NCBI GenBank assembly: GCA_965240325.2 | Contig: OZ251240.1 | Location: 434,001-498,000, forward strand | Source of the DNA: Rebecca billardiae RCC1528 | Lineage: Eukaryota > Protista > Haptophyta | Direction: 5' to 3' | DNA: 64,000 bases | Shown: positions 57,465 to 64,000 of the stretch, piece after piece | How the letters are laid out: every line of letters begins with the position of its first letter | Numbering within the stretch: the first letter of the stretch is position 1 | Made by a program: the position numbers and the translations under genes | The notes under the pieces: model-generated | What the model was told of the DNA's origin: nothing | Database searches by the model: none | Seen by the model: only the letters and a program-made list of their open reading frames with translations

Positions 57465-58705
57465 TAATGTGTCTCTTATTATTCTTAGTTACAGAGGCGT
57501 CAATCTCGCCTGCCTGAGCTGTGTGCGTCTCTTATTCTTAGTAAACTGTAAGCAGCTAGGCAGCTGGACCTGGGGCTGGGTACGGTTGTGGACTACGTCG
57601 CTACATAGCTAGCTGCTACATAGCTGACTAGGCGCGCTGCCATCAGCGGCTGTCAGCCCGCGGCGCGGCGCTGCTGCCACGACTCTCATCAGGATTCAGG
57701 CTCGGCGCTGCCGCGGCACAGGCGGGCACTCGGACGGCTCGGACACGGTGCCACGCGGCAGAGTGGCGCGCGGTCGGCCCGGCCGGCCCCAGCCTTAGAG
57801 TCTAATGGAGGTGAGTGCCACCGGGTGCCCACTGACAGACGGGGTGTCGTCTGAGGTAACTGCGCTGATGTCGATGCCAACAAGCGGACACCGCGCGTGG
57901 CGCAGGTGACTGCTCGGGGCTTCGGCTCCGGTCCAACCCCCCCCCAGGCCCCACGGCTCCGTTACGTCTTGGCCCCGAGCCGAAGTCAACCAAGCGGACC
58001 ATGCACTGATGCAGCAGTATCTAGAGTCCCGCTTCCGACCCCCGATTGCCAGGATGACTTCCGACGATGCCGCGCATCAACAGGAAATGTCGCATCCGAC
58101 CACCAGTCCGCCCGCGAATAGGTTCGTCATCAAACTCGATCTACTATAGTACTATTTTTACTATGAAATTACCCGTCCCTTACTCAGGTTTCAGCACATT
58201 TCGGGAGCGTTCCGGACACCTGCATACATATGTGAAAATGTCACCCGGACTGATGGGTAGTATTTAATTCAGTTATAGAAAATAGTCAAGTAGCTTCAGA
58301 ACCTATCACTCATTTGGAGCAGGTGTGGCTGATGATCCCGCATCTGGCGGCGCCGCCGCAATATTTATATATATCGTCCAGGGGACCGCCTGGGGTGGTC
58401 TAGGAGAGTAGGAGCTAGATTGTAGATCGTCGATCATCATATCAGTTATTCAGAAATAAATATTCATCAGAGGCGGCCGCGATCCCGCCGCGCTTCGCCG
58501 ATTCGGCAGCCGTGTCAATCGTCAATTATTTGAGACGGACAACTGTGTCGACAACTCATCATCAGCCGACGATGGCCGCCGATGTATTTAGTTACAAAAT
58601 TGGCAGTCGACGACTGAAGACAGTCGACGACTGAAGAAATCCCGTGTCGCTCGCTGCGCTGTCGTAACTCACGCTGTGCCACGGCCAACGGCCAACCGTC
58701 CCGCC

Positions 58706-58828
58706 AAATCTGCTTTCTGTATCGGGTGGCATTCGGTGCGGGCCATTGCCAAGGGCTGCCGCCATGGATAGGCGCAGATCATCGCGGCCACGCGAGGTTT
58801 CCGAGGAGCCACCGTCATGTCGCAGACG
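58706..58828 (-). promoter_or_regulatory. Candidate SECIS element in the msrA 3' UTR
   Basis: AUGAC (from 58818) opposite CGAU (58724-58721). Helix GGUGGC/GCCACC plus UCGG/CCGA, then unpaired AAA (58800-58798). Basal helix GUCUGC/GCAGAU. Confidence 0.65.
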
Positions 58829-58877
58829 GGGTGGGCGGCAGTGCGCCGAGGGCGACCATGAGTGAGCCGGCGCCAGC

Positions 58878-59429
58878 CTACACGCGCGCTTGGCTGCCGA
58901 AGGCTGCGCTCTGCTTCTCGATGAAGCGCTGGTGGTAGTCCTCGGCGGCGTAGAAGGAGCCCGCGGCGATCAGCGCCGCGTGCTTTGACACGGACGGGCG
59001 CACAGCCGCGCGCACGCGCTCGGCGGCGAGGCGCTGCGCCTCGGTGTGATAAAAGACGGCAGAGCGGTACTGCGTGCCGGTGAAAGCGAGCGGCATCGGT
59101 GCGTGCTGCTCGAAGAAAGCCTCGAGGATCTCGTCGAACGAGAGGCGTTCAGGGTCGAATGTGATACGCAGGGCCTCGGAGTGGTCTCCGATCGACTGGT
59201 ATGTGGGCCACTCTGTCGAGCCGCCCGTGTAGCCAACCACAGTGTCCGTCACGCCAGGCATCGCGTCAAACGACGCCTGCGGGTGCCAGAATCAGCCCAT
59301 GGCCAGCGTGCAGGTCTGCGTCGATGCGCTCTGCATGGGCTCGGGGAGGCGAGGGCAGATCACCTTCGAGGGCGTGGCCATCCCCAGGGCCAACGACCCG
59401 ACGGCCAGCGCGATCGCGGGAGCGACCAT
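58878..59429 (-). CDS. msrA: Selenocysteine-containing peptide methionine sulfoxide reductase A (183 aa, UGA at 59294-59292)
   Basis: Frame reads MVAPAIALAVGSLALG..TCTLAMG-UGA-FWHPQ..VGYTGG..PTY..DHSEA..QYRSAVFY..FYAAEDYHQ. The UGA occupies the catalytic Cys position of GCFW. Confidence 0.9.
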
Positions 59430-59779
59430 CGCGGGCAAGGGTCACAAGATCGAGGAATCTCGCGCCCTCCACCCGGTCGGCACGGTCCTGGGGCGGGCCA
59501 AGCTCCGGACTATGTATCTACCGGGTGAGTTTTTTTACGGATCGAGATCCCTTGTGATCATTATTGTAAGTGTATGCAAGCGTTTTCGGCGGGAACGCTG
59601 TGCTGACGACGCCCTTGATGACTATTCAGTGCAAACTTCGCCGGACTCACGAAACCTGAGGAGCATCCGGACCGCTGCCGGTTGACCGATGATCGATCGC
59701 CGCCGCCCGCTCCGAACGGAAAGGTTATTGTAGTGGGTGGGCGGCCACAGGTTGGACGCGACGGCGGCCCGGCCGCGGC

Positions 59780-60259
59780 ATGATGGGCCATCGAACCGAG
59801 GAGATCGCGCCGCCCCTCGGAGGCGGGCTTTTCCGCTCCATCTGTGTCGCTCTCACCGCACCATTCCCCGAGTTCTCCTCCCCCTGGAGCCCGCCGGCGT
59901 ACGCACGACGCCACCCGCACGACGAAGTGCTTCCGTGTGGACTGACGCGCCACCAGATCCGCTGCCTCGAGGCTCGCGAGCTGACGCCCGAGGACCACGA
60001 GATCCTCCTTTCTCTCGACGCATCGCTTGACAAGAAGCGCGTGGTCGCGCACGACGAGCTCTCCTCCGCGCTGGCGGATGCGCCAGGCGCCAGGCGCCAG
60101 CAGTGCCCCATTTGCCTCGAGAAGATCGAGTCTCGCTTCTCCGCGTCGAAGCTGCGCAAATGCGGCCACGCTTTCCACAAAAAGTGCATCACACACTGGC
60201 TGACTACAGGGCGAGACGTGTGCCCGCTCTGCTTCGTCGTCGTCCGTGATGCCAAGTAG
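59780..60259 (+). CDS. RING-H2 finger protein (putative E3 ligase)
   Basis: RELTPEDHEILLSLD and CPICLE..CGHAFHKKCITHWL..CPLC. Confidence 0.9.
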   Translation: MMGHRTEEIAPPLGGGLFRSICVALTAPFPEFSSPWSPPAYARRHPHDEVLPCGLTRHQIRCLEARELTPEDHEILLSLDASLDKKRVVAHDELSSALADAPGARRQQCPICLEKIESRFSASKLRKCGHAFHKKCITHWLTTGRDVCPLCFVVVRDAK

Positions 60260-61148
60260 CGAGCGGGCTGCGAGCGATGTGCACGAGGTGCTGCTCGAGC
60301 TCCGAGTGCGGCAGCTGCCCTGCGAACGACTCCGGAAGTCGAGGACTCGGAGCTCGCAGGGCATGCACGCGGCGGGAGGGCTTACACGAATGACTCAGGA
60401 GGATGCGCACCTGCGCATGCCAGTGAGCGTGGCAGCATCATCGCGACCATCGACACCATCACCATAATTGGCCTCGGCCATACTACTGCAGTGGCGCTGC
60501 GCAGCACTCTTCCGCCGAACGGTTTCCGGGCAACCGCCGACGAGTTGATAGTCACTAGTCAGTCACAGGCTCTGTCACGGATGATCCGGGTCTCCGGGCC
60601 GAGAGTCCGAGTTCGCCGCTGCTGAGACTTGATGATTGAGAGCTTGTGACTGATTGTGTAAGACTGCGCGGTGTGACGGTGAGACGCCGGGTGACGCGCG
60701 GGGCGCCGGGCCCGGCGTGTCCCGGAGACGATCGACGATGATGGCCGCCAGTATATAGGCAGTAACTAGTAAGTGACCGGTGTAAGTCCCCGGGTCCGCG
60801 CCGGGCCCCGCGAGTGCCGCCGGTGTGCCCCGACCGTGAGTAGTCCAGCCGCCGAGCCGGCAGCAGATCTAGCGCGGCGCGCCGGCGCGGCGGCGGCGCG
60901 GCCTGGGCCGGCGCAGGCCCCGTGCCCGCACGGGCCGCCCGCGCAGGCGAGGGCTCGTCGGCCTGACTGCTCACATCGGACAGTGCCCTGCCGGCCCGCG
61001 CGATCCGGGCGGCATCGGCAGTCATGCTGACTCACGATAGCAGATGATTGGGACTCATCGGAGTACCTAATGGTCCTGACGGTCGTTCAGCCACTACTGG
61101 CCGAGACTGAACCGTCTCATAGTCTAATACTAGCTCTGAGTATATATA

Positions 61149-62501
61149 TATATGGGTGGAATTCCCATTTTCTGGCGCACTTCCGCACTGGGGAGGCGGA
61201 CGAAAAGCGGCATTTAATACGCGCGAATAAGGAATAAAATAATCATGGGAATAAAGCGCACGCAGTGCGCGCGAAGAAATTTTTTCGGGTAGTAGTATCA
61301 GCGCGTAGTTATTATGCGAAGCACCAAGTGCTGCGAGGCGGCCTGCTTGCGCACGCGGCGTCCCGAGCACCCTCGGGGCTCAGCTGCGGCTCGGCCTGCG
61401 CACGCTCAGCAAGCTCGCGTGCGGCCTGCACCTTGCCCGCCGCCTCGACTCTCGAGCAAGAGGATCGACGTATGAGTGAGCGTGTGCCGCCGAGCTGCTG
61501 TCCGGCAGCTACCCGCGACTGCAGCCGCTGGCCGCGGTGCCTGGCCTCGGCGCGGCCCCACAGGCTCAGCGCTGGGAGCTCATCCTCCTCCTGCGCTCCT
61601 CCTCCAGGCGTTTGAGCCGCCGCCGCCTTGGCCGCCTCGTCCTCGTCGATCAGCTGAACGGCGGGAGTGATGTCTCTGCTCAGCTGAGTGTGACGTGACA
61701 AGCGAGGCGACGAGCGACAGCAGCCCGATGACCAAGCCGACGAGCTCATCGTACGAGCCGTCACGCGTGCGCTCGTGCCGTGTCTGAGCTGGCTCGCGCT
61801 CGTACGCCGACCAGGCTTTGCTCGGACTGAACGCGTGTGCTCAGGCGTCCTTGCGTGTGCGCTTGGACGGCCGCGGGCCGTCATCTGGTCCGACCGCGCG
61901 CAGCTCGATCTCGGAAGCGTTGAGCTGCTCCGCGGTTGACTTACCCTCTGCCTCAGGCTCGACCACGGCAGCAGGCCCCGCAGCAGCCGCCAGGTAGCAT
62001 CGGCAGGAGCCCCTGCGCCACCCGACGCCGTCCGCACATCGGCCAGCTTGCCGCACACGCGCTGGACCACGGCCTCGCCGCGCTTGACGCGGATGTGGTG
62101 CCAGGTCGTCGTGCCAATCGTTTGGCTATCGACAACGGGCACGGGCACCTCGATCACGACAACGCCTGTCGCGTAGGCTGTGTAGCGATGTCCGTCCACG
62201 ACTCCGTCGTGGGTGGACGGCGCACGCCATCGCGGCCGTGGGCGCAAGTGTCTCGTGAATTGTTTTTTTTAATTCACTAATTCGCCCAGCCGCTACATCG
62301 AACTCGACAACGGTTGCTTTTACACCCGCGGTCTTTTGACTGTGCAAATGGGGCGCCGCCCCATCCTCAAATCCGAAGAGAACGAAGATGTAAAAGTGTC
62401 TGGTCCCTAGATACTGTGCTGTCCGGGTCCCGGTCCGGTCAGATCTGAGCAGCCGGATTTTCCGCCCGGACAGGCCAGAAAATGGGATTTTCACCCATAT
62501 G
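61149..62501. mobile_element. ~1.35-kb non-autonomous TIR element (possibly TA-targeting)
   Basis: atatgggtggaattcccattttctggc (to 61176) versus gccagaaaatgggattttcacccatat (62474-62500). TA at both flanks. Contains a degraded minus-strand ORF. Confidence 0.65.
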
Positions 62502-63770
62502 TACTCCGGATCCGTGTCCGTGATCAGACAAGAGGGCCTAGAGCCAGTAGAGGGGTCAGTCAGAGCCCCACTGTGGGGTGTGTGGCCCAAAATCCAACTG
62601 CTTTCTGTCGTCTTGAGATGAGGAGCCCTCTTACAAACTTCGGGATGTCAATCATTCGCCTGAAATGACCTATGGGGTCACGCTGACAAGTTTTTTCGAT
62701 AACATGTCGTCATACATACTGGAGATATAACTACGACCCGCTCAATCTCGACGCGATCTCGGCAGCATCACTTAGGGGAGATACACGACGATATTATTGA
62801 TCTCCAAGGTGATCTCGTTATTTGCGCATCAGAATCGCACCGGCTAGACCACATCATTTTGGCAGTCTGAAATTGGCACAGGCGGATGATTATTATTATA
62901 TAATATTCTACACCCTGCTACTACTGGAATTGAGCCTAAACGAACTTATAATAACTGAACGTCAGACTCAGTCTCAAACAGCAGTTATTACTAAACTGTG
63001 GAGATATTTCAGTTTTCGAGACGATTTATTCATCGTCGGCGGGAGATTGATCATCGATGATATATACGTACTACGACTATCAGTATCATGATCCGATCCG
63101 GGAGTGTAACCGGGCCCGCGGGCCCGAGCTCGCCCCCGACAGCTCATATGCGTCTCCGGGCGCCCGCTCGGCACGGGACGCCGGACGGCCCCCCGGCGGA
63201 CTCTGCCGGGCCTGGCCCTGGCCCGCGCGCCCGCGCCGGCGGCCCGGGTCGGCCGGCGCAACAACTAACAAGACTCAAGAGGCGCCCTGACCGACAGTTT
63301 AGTTTGAATAGTACTTTAGTCGTTAGTCGTACTCGGCCGCGCGTAACTACTTAGTAGCAGTGTCATAAGACCGCGTGCAGCAGCGCGGTGCAGGGCGCCG
63401 CAGGCTGCCGACCTTGACGGTCCGCGATCAGAACGGCCGGGCAAGACCGGCGCCGTAACGGCGTCGGTCGGTCGGCGCGCCAGCGCCGGTCGGTCGCGGG
63501 GAGATGGGGAATCGTCGTCAATCGACATGATCGGCACGTCGCGGCCGCGTGCCGGCGTGCCGGCAGGAGTGCGGGGGAGTCAGTCTGTGTGCTCGGAGTC
63601 TCTGATGAGAGGAGCCTGCTGGCGAGCTGCTGCTCGTCGGTCGGCAGCTGGCACGGGGCAGGCGGGATGCGGATCACGAAGCTGCCGACGCTGTGGTCGG
63701 ATTGGCAGTGGACACGCCGAGGGCAGTCACGGTCACGGCGCAAAGGCGAGTGCAGCTGGGCGGCGCCCGA

Positions 63771-64000
63771 TCATTCCTCGTCCATCGGCGACGACGGCCG
63801 GGGGAAGGACGCCACCGGGACGGGCGGCTCGACGACGCCTAGGCGGTGGTCATCGGCGATGAAGTCGAGATCGTAGCCAGAGACGGGAGGCAGTCGCGCA
63901 AAGGACTGATACGCGCTCGCCTCTTCGGGAGGCGGCCGCGCGTAGGAATGCATCGCGCTCGGATCACCGGCGGTCGGCGGTGCGCACACGTCCATGCGTG
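63771..64000 (-). CDS. Probable 3' end of a gene entering from beyond the window
   Basis: The frame ending ..GYDLDFIADDHRLGVVEPPVPVASFPRPSSPMDEE* is open to the window edge. No family recognised. Confidence 0.4.
   Translation of the reverse strand, partial: RMDVCAPPTAGDPSAMHSYARPPPEEASAYQSFARLPPVSGYDLDFIADDHRLGVVEPPVPVASFPRPSSPMDEE

Noticed and set aside
58878-59429. msrA as a nonsense pseudogene
   Set aside because: The only stop is UGA exactly at the catalytic residue, the rest of the frame is intact, and a SECIS-like structure follows.

Overview
Very GC-rich eukaryotic genomic DNA: compact genes, short GC-rich GT-AG introns and AT-richer intergenic spacers. The style suggests a haptophyte-like alga (inference only). 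About 20 real genes are supported; most ORFs in the supplied track are antisense or off-frame shadows. The genes include an IQ/WW protein, a GT8 and an O-fucosyltransferase-like glycosyltransferase, a SHIPPO/PG-repeat protein, a multi-pass membrane protein, a histidine phosphatase, two sulfotransferases, a BCAT, a DUF5522-diphthamide-synthase-like fusion, a CobW/ZNG1 GTPase, an acyltransferase-3, an ADAM-like protease, a RING-H2 protein and a selenoprotein MsrA (in-frame UGA). Positions 18.2-32.2 kb are a nest of mobile DNA, including a 9.8-kb foldback element with a 7-bp TSD whose empty site is also in the window. Best candidate for a new system: a head-to-head gene pair at 44.9-47.8 kb. One gene encodes a single-chain tandem BAF-like protein with a C-terminal membrane anchor. 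The other encodes a soluble HeH/LEM-like plus Stc1-like zinc-finger protein, i.e. a BAF/LEM chromatin tether with inverted topology. Also notable is a SECIS-like element with a ~64-nt apical extension. All family calls are by eye from recalled motifs; no database search was run.
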